A stretch of 64,000 nucleotides of DNA. Origin: the human T2T-CHM13v2.0 reference genome, Homo sapiens. This document shows positions 1 to 15,975 of this stretch, piece after piece (within the stretch, counting starts at the first letter, position 1; each line of letters starts with the position of its first letter). The position numbers and the translations under genes were made by a program. The DNA lies in NCBI RefSeq assembly GCF_009914755.1, contig NC_060928.1, one strand, 5' to 3'. Below the pieces are notes generated by a model, which saw only the letters and a program-made list of their open reading frames with translations, was not told where the DNA came from and searched no databases.

Positions 1-110
<110 letters not shown>

Positions 111-229
111 CTAAGAAAAATAGAAGACAGAGAGCAAAATACTAATCTTTGGAAACTTAGAATTCTGACAATACAAGAAACAAGCACTGTGCAGAACCCA
201 TCCTCTTCTCCCCAGCTACAGCTCAGGGT

Positions 230-440
230 GAAATGTCCTCTACCTCTCTCTCTCTTCCTGTCCTTCTTCCTACTCGTTTTCCTATCCTTCATCTCTCTCC
301 AATTTTCTTTCCAGCTTCCTTCTGATGAGATCATTTAGTATCTATCTTCATCTAACCCTTTACCTTCCTCTTGCCTCTATTATCTCTAGATTTCGCAGTT
401 TCTCATTTCTCCTATTCTACATTTTATCCTTCTCTCCTTA
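230..440. repeat. CT-rich low-complexity tract
   Basis: Pyrimidine-rich run on the + strand (ctctctctct, cttcctt…). Confidence 0.6.
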
Positions 441-1825
441 CTTACTTTATCTATCCAAATGTTTTTTTCATGACCAGTTATTATGACTCTACCCCTGTTT
501 CATTTATTGAGAATTACTTTCTTTGGGAAAATTCCTATTACTGCCTCTATTAAACTGTGATTTAGAAGTTTGGATGGAAAACAACTCCTAGTTTTCATGC
601 TTATGTTATTTTTTTATATTTAAGAACATGATTTTGAGAAAAGATGGCTTTTACTTTAAAAGTAGCCACTTGCTATATGATATTTTGGATACTATTTCAT
701 TATGGGCTATCTAGGTTTCTAATGATAAACTACAAGCCTCCTGTAGTTGATCTTAGTGGGTACAAATATGAGTAATGATAAGCAGTAAAATAAACTCAAC
801 TTTAGCGGGTCATTCTTCAGTTCACAGTTCTAAGCTTTATAATTTTACCTGAAGCCTTCATATGAAATCAATTTTCCAGCTATAAATGTTTAGTGAAGTC
901 ACATTTCAATTTTAAAAGGTGCATTTAGAAGGCATATTAGAAATATCATCACTGGAAATAACATATCACGATCAATTTTAAACACTTTAGTTTATCCTGA
1001 TTTAACTGCAATTAAAGGATCTTTGGTGAATCAGCAGATATTATAAAGGCTCTTGAATAAAAGCATGCAATAGCTTTGAAAATCTATTAAGAATTGATAT
1101 TCTTCATATTGATATTTTTAAAAATCCAATGAAGACAAGTGAACATATTTTGCTTACAACTAATCAAATTGTCTATTTTTTTTTTCTGGGACATACAAGA
1201 TGTAAGTAATGGTTTTGTTGCACACTACTTTTTATTAGTATCTATAGAGAATGAGGCAATATTTTATGTTTTCAATACCCAATGAAAAACTTCAATAAAA
1301 CAAGACTACATTTCAACCATTATGTTAGCCACAAAATATTCATTGCAAACTTAAACTTGTTTAAGAGATTTAAATAATTTATGCTCTTGGAACAATACAT
1401 TCAAGAAAAATAATACTTGTCCCTAAAAATACAGAACTTCTTTCTGAAAAACAATAACTTATTAAGGGTAGGACAGTAGAGGAGGGGAAAGTTTCTGATT
1501 AATATGAATCCCCAACTAAAGGTCTGCAAAGCTACCAGAATATAACATTTATTCTGGAAAAAGTATACAGTGCATTCTAAAAGTTAATATAATTGACAGT
1601 AAAAATAAACAAATACAAAAAAACTTGATATATGGCAAGATAAAAACTTAAAAATCATTTTCTGGCCATGTGCAGAGCTTAATGATATGTATGAAAATTG
1701 AATATAATATCTAAAATATCCTGGGAAGTAAGTCCTAGGGATATTAGGTGATATTTTAAAAAATCTACTTAATTTACGATGTGAAGTTTATTTACTTAAA
1801 AAAAATCCATCAGATTACAGAATGA

Positions 1826-2144
<319 letters not shown>

Positions 2145-4537
2145 CAGAAAGAAACAATTTTATACTGAACCAGCATCACATCTCTACTGTACTTTAAATA
2201 TAGAGCAAAGACCAATGCTCTATGCTCTATAGAAGTGTGAAATAGTGTCTTGCAAAAATGGACACAAAGACACAGAGCAGGAAACAAGGTTTATTTATTG
2301 TGCTTTCGCTTGAATTTTAAAATAAAAAGCATGCATTTTCTTTCCAATAGGAAAGTAAACACATTATTTTTATACTTGAACACTTGAACCTCAATGATAG
2401 GAAGAACTTGAATGTTTTATTTTACCTGAAAATAATTTTTCTCTAAAAACTAATGAACTTTAAAAGAATATTGAGTTCATGGTAGTAGAGACTTATGGTA
2501 TGCAAATACATTCATAATTTACTAAAGTATTTCCTCAAAACCATGAGTTTCATTAACAAAAGTATTAAAGAAACACTACAAATGAGAGCTATATGAAAAT
2601 GGTTATTCATTTTGTAGTAGAGGTTTACAACCTTTTTGCTGGTGATTGCGTCTTAAACAAAATAGTACAATAGCCTTATCCTTTCTATTTATTCTCTACA
2701 GTATAGAACTCTATTCAGTGTATCAGTTTTGTTCAAATAATTAAAACACTATTTTGAGGGAAGTTTTCACTAATCCCCCTTTGAAGGAGGACACTTAGTA
2801 AGTTTCTCATCTTCCATCCAAGGCCATGAAATTTGATCAAGGCAAGAGAATAAAACATAAATGCATGTCTTTCATGCCCATCATTTGCTAACAGAAACTA
2901 CTATACTTATTTGTAATTTGACTTTTCATTTTCCAAACCTATTTCAATAAGTGGTTATCAGGTTAATATGATACATGGATACATGAATAGATAAAATATT
3001 TGCTTTCCTTCTCCACTGAACACAATGGGAAAACACTGTTTACTAATTTAATAACTTATGGCAGCTGATAGAATTAACTTGCAAATGTTCATCATATAGA
3101 CTTCTCAGACTTAGCAATCAAGTTTCCAAACTCAGAAGAAATGGAAAAAAACAATTAAATGGCAATCAATCAAACAAGTGACACCAAGGGAGTCTTTGTA
3201 TGAATGCCCCTAATGATAAGCAAGATCTAGAATTTGAACTGTGCCCATGGTTATTCTTAAGTGAACCTATAACTTAAGAAATAAATTCTGTACACCTTGA
3301 GATTAGTGCATCACTTATTTGAAGCCAAAGTCTACCTATCATACATTAGGCTTAAATATATACTGAGTAGTATGTATCTTTAGAAGAAATCTCAGCAAAA
3401 TTCCAATCTTTATAGTTCAAATACAGTAATTTAGAACAATGTGACCAATTTATTCTTGCTAAAATTACTGGTGAGAATAATAATAAAAGGTTAGAATTAT
3501 TTTCACCCCTCTGTTCTATGGGATAAGTACAAGCGTATTTTCTTAGGTCTCTAAAAGTAGAGGAAAGAAGATAAATACAGTTTTCAACTGTTTATAATTC
3601 CTCCAGAAAAAATTTGGCTTAGATTTCCTAGATAGAAAGCTTAATGGTGGGCACAAATTTTCAATAACATATGTTATAAATATCAATGTGAAGAAATTAT
3701 CATACTTTAAAATAATTCCAAGTAATATTATTTTAAAATGACCTAAGAAAACATTTACATCACTTTCTCCCTTTGGTCCGATTTTGGCACCAAGAAAAAT
3801 ACACTGCGATTTTTTATTACTCTCTATCTTTTACATCATTGCAATCAGAGTTAGAAACATACCAAAGAAATAAAAGATTGTCTATCTATTGTACTACATA
3901 AAACTATCCCATGTTACTAGATTTACTCAAGAAAGAGACACAATCCACTTCCACATTCAATGTAACTCATCTTTTTGCTGGTTTAAACAACTGTTAATAG
4001 CCAATGCTAAACTGGAGTATTTCTTAAAAACTTCTTACAAATACTTCTTAAAAAGTCCAGTTTTTCACTCAGCCACTCAGTAAAATTAATAAAATATTAT
4101 CACTGTCCTTGTTAGATTGCTACTTAAAAGTCTCAAGTTGTAACAAATAGATTTTTAAAAAACCATAAAATGAGCACAGTTTAATGGTTATGTTATGATA
4201 TTTTCCCAAGGGCAAAGCAACATTTCTAGCATAACACATCATGAATATACAACGGATTGTTTGAAAAAAGCCAAATGGAAATGATAAGGCATATTTTTTT
4301 TAGAGGTCAAATATTTTATATTTCCAAAGACACATGTCAGATGGTAAGACCAACCCTGAGGTTGTAGAGATAAAAATTCTTCCAAGTATAAACATATCTC
4401 TCTTTCTAGATAAAAATTTAACACAAAGGAGCGATTCATGACCACTTTAAATTATTTGAACTCAAAAGAATAAAGTCAGTGATAAAGGCAGGGTAATTAA
4501 TGTCTTCTATTTATTACTGTAGCGCACAAAATGATTA

Positions 4538-4720
<183 letters not shown>

Positions 4721-5779
4721 TTAAAAGAATACTTATGATTTATAGGCAGGATCATTTCACTGAAATAGTTTTGGTTTTTTGAGAAGTTTTCTTGCTAGGA
4801 CCCTATTATTAACATAAAGGCACATACTACAAAATTCCAAAACATAATTAAGATTTTCTGAAAGTAACATATTAATCTTTTATATCTAGTATTTCCTGTT
4901 TTTGTCATTTATTAATTCATACTTTATAATTTTCATAACGTTTTGTATAGCAAGAGAATTTTTATATACATTCTGGCTATTTATCTGCAGACGTCTCACC
5001 AAAAAAATGTACATGAACAACTGGAAGACCAATAGAAAAACAGCCATAAAGCTGCTTGATATTCCTTAACGATTTTGTAGAAAAGCAGATGGCAAGACAT
5101 TTCCTAAAGCTGTTTCTATCTTACTGCACATTGCTTTTCCCATGACTTATATCTAATGTTTTAAGAGGAGAAGTCTTTATGCTCCATTGAATATAGGACT
5201 AAATGAAAGAGAAAAATATTGATATGTATAGAGAGATTCCCAGCTCTTCCATTTAACTGTATTTATACATAAAACAAAAATGTAAGGTTTTATACCTTTG
5301 TAAGATTCAGTGAATAATAAGAAAAATTGTAAGGAGGAAAAAGAAATTGAAAAAAGCACTCCACACTCCTAGTGTCTATGTCTAAAGAATGACATCATCT
5401 TCAGTTTTATAAGATTCACTAGAAGCTAGTATTCATTTATTGGGTCCAAAACAGAGGCATAGGGTTGAATTTGCCCTCCATTTGCGTTTTTTGAGTAATG
5501 TGAGATTAATGAGTAGAATTATTGTTCCAAACAGTAGCATCCCTAAATCACTTGTTTCTTAGGATAAATTACATCAAATCTTAATTCAAATTCTTCAATC
5601 ACTTTATAAAGAAGTTCTAATTTAAAAAGAAATTCTGAATTCTCATAAATGTCCATGCTTAGAAAGAAATATAGGATAATATGAAAGAGTGTCACTTTAA
5701 GTCTTTGACTTTAGGCAATAGATCATATTGTATGTATCTTATTATTGATTAAAATTACTTTTTAGCACATATAGTGTTA

Positions 5780-5980
<201 letters not shown>

Positions 5981-7839
5981 TCACATATCATAAAGACATG
6001 AATAAAATGTATTACCATGACCAAAAGTCCCCCAAAAGGCTGGAACTTAGTAGAGAAGATATTGACAATCAAATAGGAAACATTACTTTGGTAAAAAGCC
6101 AAGGTCCATCTACACCTAAAACATACATACACGCACTGAGGATCATATACCACAAGAAAACAATGGATTACATATGGTCAACAGAAGGAGAATTATGTGA
6201 CCTGAGGAGAGTGGGAGTTTAAAAAAAAATGGAAGGGAAGAAACTTAACTAAAATATACTAGAAATAAAAATATACTGGTTTAAAAAGATGAGAAGAAAT
6301 ACTGCTATGTGTAGTGAGATTCCCTGAACTTCAATTTAATTAAATAGATACATAAATCAAAAACTTCAGATTTATATACCAAAGACACTGACAGAAAAGA
6401 CAAGATGTTGGGAGAGAAGAAGGCAGGGAGCTAGAGATGGGGAAAAGTAATAGAAAATACAGACGCAGTTCAAGTTAGGCTGAGCTTGTCAATGCTTTGC
6501 CTCCTCATTTTGTTGTACATTATCTTTCCAATTTTTCCATTTCTGTTACCTGATTTTTAAAAATAATTAGCTTTACAAAGAGAAGTGACCTTATTTTACT
6601 TATTAATCATTAATCATATTGTACTAAAAGCTACAGGATACATTTGATATACCTTAAAATTCTCAACTTAGTTTCTTGGGCATTGCAGTCTGTAAAAATG
6701 ATGGTCAATTATGCATTCACCAACTTGGGGATACATCTACATTTGACACAGCCTTCCTGGAATGAGCATTAAGTCAACTGGAATATTCAAGTATTAACAT
6801 CAGTAATTTGTTATCGTCAACTGACATTTGTTAAGAATCCATAGGGAACAGAAAATCAGGCTTTGAAAAACAAGTATGCCCTTTTATCCTCGTAAAACCT
6901 GTATTCCCAAAGTGAAGCTAAGAAGATATAAAAACTACAAAAATATTGAGACAAGTCTAATTCTGGTTACTAAAATCTGAAATCAAAATCAATGAGATTT
7001 ATACATTAATAATTGGCTTTCCAATACAGTAGATATCCTGGATAATATCTATAGGGAAAAGCTGCTGACAATTTATTTGTAGTACTACTTGTAAAGAGTA
7101 ATCATCTCTCTTAGCTTATATGATAATTTATGAAATGAGTGAGAACTAATTATGTTTGACTATACAGCCCAAGTTTTGGAGAAAATACTAATTATCAGAA
7201 CAAATGTTTATTATTTTGTTGTTCAAGCAAGATATTATCTCTAGGTAATTATGATTGAAATAAACAATAGGTTGACATTAAATTATATATGTTACTTTAA
7301 GTTTCTAATTACCACTTTCTGATTATAGTTATTAGCTAAAGTTCATGTGACTAATGATATTAATATGTCTGAAAAGTTGACCAAATGGCCTGTACAAGCG
7401 ATCCTTAAAGCATCATGATCTGTTGATGTATGTAACGTTTCCTGTTACCTCAGTGAGTAGTCCGGTAGCTTAATGAGTCTCTGCTACAGATCGGGTTTTA
7501 TAGCTGTACTTACATGTTTCAATAAAAAGAGTTTGTATTACTCAAGCTTGTCTCACATTTCAGGGAAGATATTCATAAACTATTATTAATGTCAATGGGA
7601 GGACTGTCCCCAATTTAAAATGTCTAAGGCTATACCTTAATCTGAAAGTAATATATGTATTTTTCCAAATTGGTCGTTAATTTAGGATGTCTAGTTTGGA
7701 ATATGAATGGATATGAAAACTCCTTTAAAAATACATTTGCATGTTGAAATTGCTATTTTGAATATATTTCATTTATATGCTGGGGGAGAGAATACATGTT
7801 CTGAAGGCACTTAGGCTACTTTTTTAAAGTTTTTTTTTT

Positions 7840-8042
7840 CTTTAAGAGAGGTATAATATATCCAGTGAAACGTCCATAACTCAAATCACAGATTAATTAA
7901 TTTTTACACAAATCCCATGAAACCACTACCCAGATCCAGTTACATTTCAGCATTCAGATGGCTCCTTTCAGCCTCCTCCTAGTCAATATTCTTTTGGAAA
8001 TGTCATTATAATTCTGACTTCTTTAGATTAGTTTTGCCTGTA
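7840..8042 (-). mobile_element. Old L1M (L1ME-like) 3' UTR fragment
   Basis: Resembles the reverse complement of L1ME 3' ends (…ccactacccagatc…, ttctgacttct…, agattagttttgcctgt); heavily diverged. Confidence 0.5.
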
Positions 8043-8409
8043 ACAATTTGTTTTAAGGCAAAGTTCTACCTCTCCAATTAAAATCTAAACTGGAACTTTG
8101 TAACCCCACTCAAATACCACTAGAGGAATCACATTCTAGGACCCACATTTTCTTTTTTTGCTATCTGTTAAAGACCTTTTTCTGACATTAGCATGTGGCT
8201 TTATCCCGTCCAGTCTTAATTACCATAGTTCTTTCATAACTGAAACCTCAAAGCGGGATATATAAATGCACGATGCTAAATATTTCTATCCTATATATTT
8301 ACACCTTTTAAATGATGCAACATACATGTAATATCCCTGATTATTTAATGGATGTAAAGTACCTAGTATATGACAGGAGTTGAGGAAATATTAGTTCCTT
8401 TTCTGTAAA

Positions 8410-8560
8410 TGAAGAAGGAAAGAAAGGAGGGAGGGAGGCAGAGAAAGGAAGGAAGGAAGGAAGGGAGGGAGGAAGGGAGGGAGAGAGGGAGGGGAGAGAA
8501 GCAGGGAGACAGAATGAGAAATAGAAGGCAGAGAGAGAGAGACAGAGAGAGAGAGAGAAT
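8410..8560. repeat. Purine-rich (GGAA/GGGA/GA)n compound microsatellite
   Basis: Visible directly in the sequence. Confidence 0.9.
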
Positions 8561-10699
8561 ATAACTCAATTTCTAAATTCTTGGCTCAAAATACCCTAAA
8601 AATAAGTCTTCTTTTCACATTTTATTTCCTTCTTCCCTGTAACAAGAATAAAATATCTTCCCAAACATTGACTAAAACCACAAAGGCAGCCAATATGGAA
8701 GAAGTGGCATGGTAAATGAAAGGGCAAGGGTGGACTGGAGGTGGAGCCCTGCCAGCATTCTCCCTCAACATCTGGTGGGAGAGAGCTGCCAAGTACAACA
8801 CTGTCTTGCCGGCAACTATTTTACCATCTAAAGCTCTAACATTCTGAAGAACTGAAGATCTTCAGCAAATCATAACCTGATAGTTTTTTAAAAAAGGGAA
8901 GTCTCTTGTAAAAAAAAATCACAATCAATGAAAGCAGTGAAATACAATTAGTTAATTGTTTATTTTTGTCTATGTGGTATCAGATGGCTAACTTGAATCA
9001 AATTTTCAGTGAATTAATTGGTTAAGGTAGAAACAAAGGGCTGTGTTACACTGGCCTTTTCTGCATGGTGAGATGTAAATGAGGTGCGCTAATCACTTCA
9101 ACTGGACCGCTATTGTCTTTCTATTCTGACTCTTAATTAAACAAATATTTACACTTTAAGGTTAGTTTAGGTTACTCAATATGAAAGATGGAGCATCCTC
9201 TATTTTTAAAATTAATTTTTGCCACAGACATAGCTTTCTCCTGTTTAATTTTCTCCTATCTTCCCCAATGAAGCAGCACTAAGAATATAATTTTCTTCGT
9301 TAATTGGTTCACTGATAATAATAGTGCAATAATTTACTTTGTAATTTATGCTTTTAATGATAAGTAGTCTTGAAAATTGCATAGAGAAGTAAAGAAGGAT
9401 GTAAAAGAGGAAGCAAGGAAGTAAAAAAGAAAATGGACAGCTTTAGGTACATATTAATCAGCTCTTTAAAGTAACTACTCGTACTGTGAAACATTCCAAT
9501 CAAAAGTGCTGCCTCTCGATCATCAAACTAAGTAAAGGATTTGCATCAGTTGGGAAAAGATCCAAACTCCTGAAATATCAAATGTAGCTCCTCTAAGACA
9601 TCACTTGCCTGGTCTGACAAGCATGTAGACAGGCAGCAGTGGAAGAGCAATGCACTATATAGACGACTGGCTACAGGGAGACAGCCAGGCAATTTCTTCT
9701 TCATGTCTGTGGCATTACTCTGTCACCTAACATCTCTTGTTGTGCCACTTGCTTGTTATTCTCAGGCAGAAGCATGGAACATTGTCTGGTTTGCTGTGGT
9801 TCATTCTGGTCTACGAATTCACAGCTAATAAACACAACACCTCTTCACACTTAAACTTGTTGAGGCCTGGAGTTGAGATCTGGATCTAAGTTGAGAAGCC
9901 AGCTCAAGGCAGTGTAGTGCAAAACGGCTAGAAAGGGAGTTTGAGGAAGTGAATAGAAGGAAACAGCTGTGCATGCCTCTGTTTGCAATTCTAAGTTTTT
10001 CCTTGTGTTCTCAGAGAAACACACTCAGCCACAGACCTATATATACACATATGCTTGATCAAAGAGATTAGGTACTGTAATGCAATCATCGGCAAGAGCA
10101 GTATTTGGTGTAAGACAAATTATTACTCAAAACAAAATTACCTCTTTCATCACTACTCAAAAGCTTGCTTGTCTTATTTGGGCTAACTTTGTGGGAAATG
10201 ATTTCTAATTTTGGCAAAAGGAGAAGACTGGGGTGGGGGTAATGCATAAAATGAGCTCTGTGTACTGCCCAGAGCACATTACCTAGTGCTTATAAATATA
10301 CCCAGCAGAGACTGTTTGAAATCTGAAATTATCCTTCAAAGCTGACTTGGTAAAAATTAAACTGAAGTGCTCCCCTTTGCCCAGAGGATAGCCAAAGGAG
10401 AATACCTGCAGTGGAGCCCTGAATTATTGAGATGAATTGAGATCCTTTTGAAGCCTGTTAGGATAATACACGCTGGAAAACTGAGCTCTTATTTTAGGAT
10501 TTTTCTTAAAACAACAGTATCATACTCACAGAGAACATTTTATATCTAATGCTTTGATCTTCAGATTATATAGATAGGGAGAAGGCTGTGTGTACGTTTG
10601 TTCATGCATGGGTGAATATAATAGTGTGTACCAGTTTCTGCATTACTGATTTTTTTTTTTCGTGGTGCTTTGTGGTACATGTAATGAATATACTATGGC

Positions 10700-10845
10700 A
10701 AAGGCCTGGGGTTAGTGGAAGAACACAGGCTTTGAATCCCAGCACTGCCATTTACCACGTGTGACCCCCGAGCCTCAGTTACTGCACTCATAAAAGGAAC
10801 GTATTTACATGTTCCTTGCAAAACTGTCAAGAATAAATGAGGTCA
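10700..10845 (+). mobile_element. MIR SINE fragment
   Basis: ttgaatcccagcactgccatttaccacgtgtgacc…gagcctcagtt matches the MIR core. Confidence 0.65.
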
Positions 10846-11341
10846 TTCAAACTATTGAAACAACAGCATTTACAACATGCTAACAATGTCAGTTTCCTTA
10901 ATCCACAATAAAAAATCCTTAAAGTATTTTCAGTAGGTACATTTTATATAAATGTCCATGCTATTTTACATACGATATCAATGAGCCATTCCAAAGCCTC
11001 TCAAAGGTCACAGTCTAATCAAAATGGAACATTTCACATATGAGTCATTTTGTCATTTTTGTATGTATGTGGCAAGTCCCTGGGTTGTAGTCTCAGACTC
11101 TTGAAGTTTAATTAAAGAGCTGTTTTTGAAGATGAGGACTCCAATACATGCATCTTAGAACTTTTAAATGCCCCATAATTCCTACACTTCATATGTCACC
11201 AACATCCAGTTTGATCCTTTGCTTGAATTTCAAAAGGAGCATACTAAACAAAACATAGCAAATTTCATAGTTCAAATATCTAGATTAATTGTAGACTTTA
11301 AAAAAATCTGCTGAGGAACAAATTAGTAAACTGCTTCTTGA

Positions 11342-11688
<347 letters not shown>

Positions 11689-12233
11689 TAAAATGCTCTA
11701 ATTAGAAAAAGTTTAGAAAATTTCAGGTGGTTTGAGGACAGAGATTCAGAAGCCTGCACTCTTCAAGAAAAAAAACAAAAAACAAACAAAAAAAGGTAAA
11801 TAAAGAACAATAAGATTAAAGAATATTATCCAAAGATGGAGTTGGTGGCACAAAGAAGGAAAAGTCCAACTATGCCAGCTGTTACTCAAGCCACACATGA
11901 TGTAGTATCGTACTTTATTATAAAATTAATAAGCAAGTGTTGTGACCTTTGATTACCTTTAGAAAGATAGGAAGTTGTGAAAAGTCACAAATGTTATAAT
12001 AAAAAAAAATTTCCAACGCAGCACAACATCATTTGACTGACAAAAATAATCACTCCAACATGATAGTCTTGGGATTTCCTCACTTAGAATGCAAGCTTCA
12101 AGGAAAGTAGGATGCCTATTTCATTCATCCTGAAAAACTTTATTAGGAGTGCTACAAATGTTAAATGAATAAGATGAATTTAAGAGTTACTAAAATAATT
12201 TTTAAAATATTCACTTAGATTCTACATAACCCA

Positions 12234-12556
<323 letters not shown>

Positions 12557-12558
12557 TT

Positions 12559-12759
<201 letters not shown>

Positions 12760-12949
12760 CATTCTATATAACCCTAATTCAAGGAGAAGAGCAGAAATCC
12801 TTGTCCTCCCATTGCTGTTTATTGCCTACCACAGTCTTCCTTAATCCTGGCCACATACGAAATCACCTATGGCCATATCAGCAAACTGTGGCTCAAGGGA
12901 TACAAGTTGAAGGAATTGGGCCATTTCTGGGAAACATCCTTAAACAAGA

Positions 12950-13240
12950 AGATATACCCTTCTCTTTCTCCCTTTCCTCCTTGTTGAATATTATGTGGAG
13001 AAATGATGGTTGAAACTGATGTAGCCATCTTGGGTTACTAGTTTGTCTGTGGAATGAAGCCATGAAAATCAGAGCAAGAAAGCAGATGGAGCCTAGGCCC
13101 TGGCACCACGCTGTGCCACATCAGTCTTGGATTGCTGTCTGTGGGCTTTTACACACAGAAAAATATCTATCTTGTCCAAACCACCATTATGTAGGGGTTT
13201 TGTTTTGTTGTTGTTAATCCTGGCAGACACCAGTCCTAAT
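12950..13240 (+). mobile_element. ERVL-type solo LTR fragment (LTR16/LTR33-like)
   Basis: gatggttg…gtagccatcttgg…gagcctaggccctg…aaaaatatctatcttgtccaaaccac resembles LTR16/33 3' halves. Confidence 0.55.
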
Positions 13241-14716
13241 GTGATATAAAGGTCTTACAAAATTAGTACTCAATTGCTTTTCCATCAGTTAAGCTGGTCA
13301 GGCTGGCCCCAAGAACAAAAAAACAAGGTTAGCAGAGTTCACTAATTTCTTCCTCTGTACTTTTGCTCACTTTAATTTCCTTCCTAGCTAAAACTTACTT
13401 GTTCTTTGATTCAGTCTTCCCAAAACATGTGTGCTCTCAATATTCTTTCACTTTTCTCTAATCCAATCACACTTACTATTTTGTATCTCCTTTATCACAA
13501 GGTTTTAATAATCCATTTAAATTACTGACCTCTGGATAATCACATATTCCAGGCTTCTGATTCTAAACAGATTTTTATGGTTCTGTTTTGCAACGTAGAT
13601 TTAGGTTTCTAGAGAGCAAGAATGTATGTTACATTTCTTTAAATTCCTCACAGTCCTATTCATGGTGCATATACATTTTATATGCTTGACCATACTTGTT
13701 TATCAAATGGAGGAAATACCAAGAATTTAACTTCTCTTTTGGGATTTATATACCATCACCACTCCTTCTTCCCTCATCATCACCAGGAATAATTAAGAAA
13801 TCTGTGATCTTTAAATGCAGACGGTATTATTATGTTGGCGGAAATACATATATGTCTACATAAACTTTTCTGTGTCTGCGTGTAGTCAGTGACTAAAGGT
13901 GAATTAAATAACCGAAAAATAAAACTGATATAATTGTATAAACAAAAGCTGTTTAAGGATGACATGCTTTTCAACCTTAAATATCCCTTTAGCAAATAAA
14001 ACACTGAAATAAAAATTTTGAAATATAGAATGTTTTTCTATGATTATTATGAATATATGATGTTGGTGTGAGACAATAATGTTGATTTCTCTCTTTAATT
14101 AAGAATAATCATTTTCCTTTTTAATGATCTCTTTTGATAGCCCATGTCAGCTACTATACATGAGGTCTGATTCTTTAAAACTTATTCAATTTCAAACCAC
14201 TTCTTTCAATAAATTATTTATTAACACACCGTGTTAGGCACCAGGAAGAACAAAGATATGAATAAAACAAGGTCTCTGCCTTTATTTTGAATGTAGTTTT
14301 ACTTACCTAAAGCAGATGCAGATGGGAGGCTGTGGAAGAACCTCTATTCAAAGGTTATCTGTTTTGTTTTAATTAATGAGTTTGACAAATTACCCTAGTT
14401 AGATGACAGGTGCCAAAAAAGACAAAATACAGCAGCTGTAAGTGTACTCACACATAGACAACCACAGACAGAGACACATGCAGTTTGCTATCAATTTACA
14501 AAGGTAAGTTACTGTCTCACAATTATAAGGCATAAACATGCAAATACATTCCTGCTTATTTGATCAACATTGATTATTTCTTTCAATGGAAAATGGAATT
14601 ATTTATTGTAAAGCAAAACGTAATTTTTGAAAATTTGCAAATATATAAAATGTACAAAAGGCAAAATCTTACTATTTACCATTTTTTGGCATCTCTATTA
14701 AAAAATATGGGAATCA

Positions 14717-15022
14717 CGCCGGGCATGGTGGCTCACGCCTGTAATCCCAACACTTTGGCAGGCCGAGGTGGGCGGATCATCTGAGGTCAGGAGTTTGAGA
14801 TTAGCCTGGCCAACATGGTGAAACTCCATCTCTACTAAAAATACAAAAATTAACTGGGCATGGTGGTGGGCGCGTGTAATCCCAGCTACTCAGGAGGCTG
14901 AGGCAGGAAAATGGCTTGAACCCAGAAGGCAGAGGTTCTGCTCACTAGCAGAGATCACGCCACTGCACTCCAGCCTGGGCGACAGAGTGAGACTCCGTCT
15001 CAAAAACAAACAAACAAAAAAC
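14717..15022 (+). mobile_element. Alu (AluSx-like), about 165 bp from the exon 3 donor
   Basis: Full dimer; TSD core ATGGGAATCA at 14707-14716 and 15025-15034. Confidence 0.95.
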
Positions 15023-15186
15023 ACATGGGAATCAACTGAAAATATAATATGTAATATCCTATGAATTAAGTGAATTAAATTTCATTGTTAGAGGTTTCCA
15101 TAAGGCAATAACATTTACTGCTTTTATTTTTTTGAGATACTGTTAATCCATAACTGAACAGCAAAGAAGACATGATGTAGACTTAC

Positions 15187-15311
15187 TTCAATACTGAAGT
15201 ACCCTCTGTCAACATAGTCCCCTAAGAAGAGGTAGCGAGTGTTGGCAGGAGATCCCCCGACTTCAAAGAGCTTCATCAAATCAAAGAATTGTCCATGAAT
15301 GTCCCCACAAA
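15187..15311 (-). CDS. PPP3CA: Calcineurin A alpha coding exon (probably exon 3, 125 bp); (V)[41 protein letters not shown]
   Basis: Lies within ORF 15124..15324. Acceptor TTTCTTTCAG ends at 15312, donor GTAAGT at 15186-15181. Contains the GDIHG and GDYVDRG PPP-family motifs. Confidence 0.97.
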
Positions 15312-15819
15312 CTGAAAGAAACAAAATTCATTTTATGGTCATATTATGTTAGGACTTTGAATTAAATAATAAAATTACAAAATTTTAGAACCAGAATTAA
15401 TTTCAAGTTTATCTGAGCCAAAACATTCTTTTGCAGAACAAGAAGTACGACAGAAAAGCTAAGTATTTTGCTCAAGTTTCCAAATTTAATTAGTGGCAAA
15501 CTTGGCTCTAATGTCTGAGTCCACTAGTATACAGATTAACTAAAAAAAAAAAAAAAAAAAAAAAGAAGAGAATAATAACAATAATGGCTATCATTGTGCA
15601 CTTAAAAATTCTTTATGAGACGCTGCCAGGATGTTTACACACATTTTTTAATGTAACCCTAAAAATGCCATGAGATATGTTTTCATTTTGCAGGTAAAAG
15701 ACGACACCAAAGAATGGTTCAGGAATTTGGCATAATCTATGTACAACTGAGGTCTGAATACATGGCCACTACACATTACTGCCTCCTGAAGAGAAAGAAA
15801 TGTAGATATGTATCATAAA

Positions 15820-15975
15820 ACCTGCATTTCACTGAATCTAGAATGTTATCCATTGTAAGACACATCATTAGTTTACGTACCACTAAGGCAAAAAAAAAAA
15901 AAAAAAACTCCAATTAAACTTAAATTATAAAGGAGCATTTTTACAAAATGTTAAAGTGAAAAAAACTACAATTAT
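15820..15975. mobile_element. Old TcMar/Tigger-class DNA transposon remnant
   Basis: gcatttcactgaatctagaatg…cattgtaagacacatcatta…gtaccactaag resembles a Tigger-like terminus; a similar remnant lies near 43150-43310. Family not determined. Confidence 0.4.

Noticed and set aside
7500-7515. Other minus-strand donor-like sites (CAT|GTAAGT near 7512; similar near 10528, 19539 and 54736)
   Set aside because: No convincing paired acceptor or open frame nearby; expected by chance in long introns.
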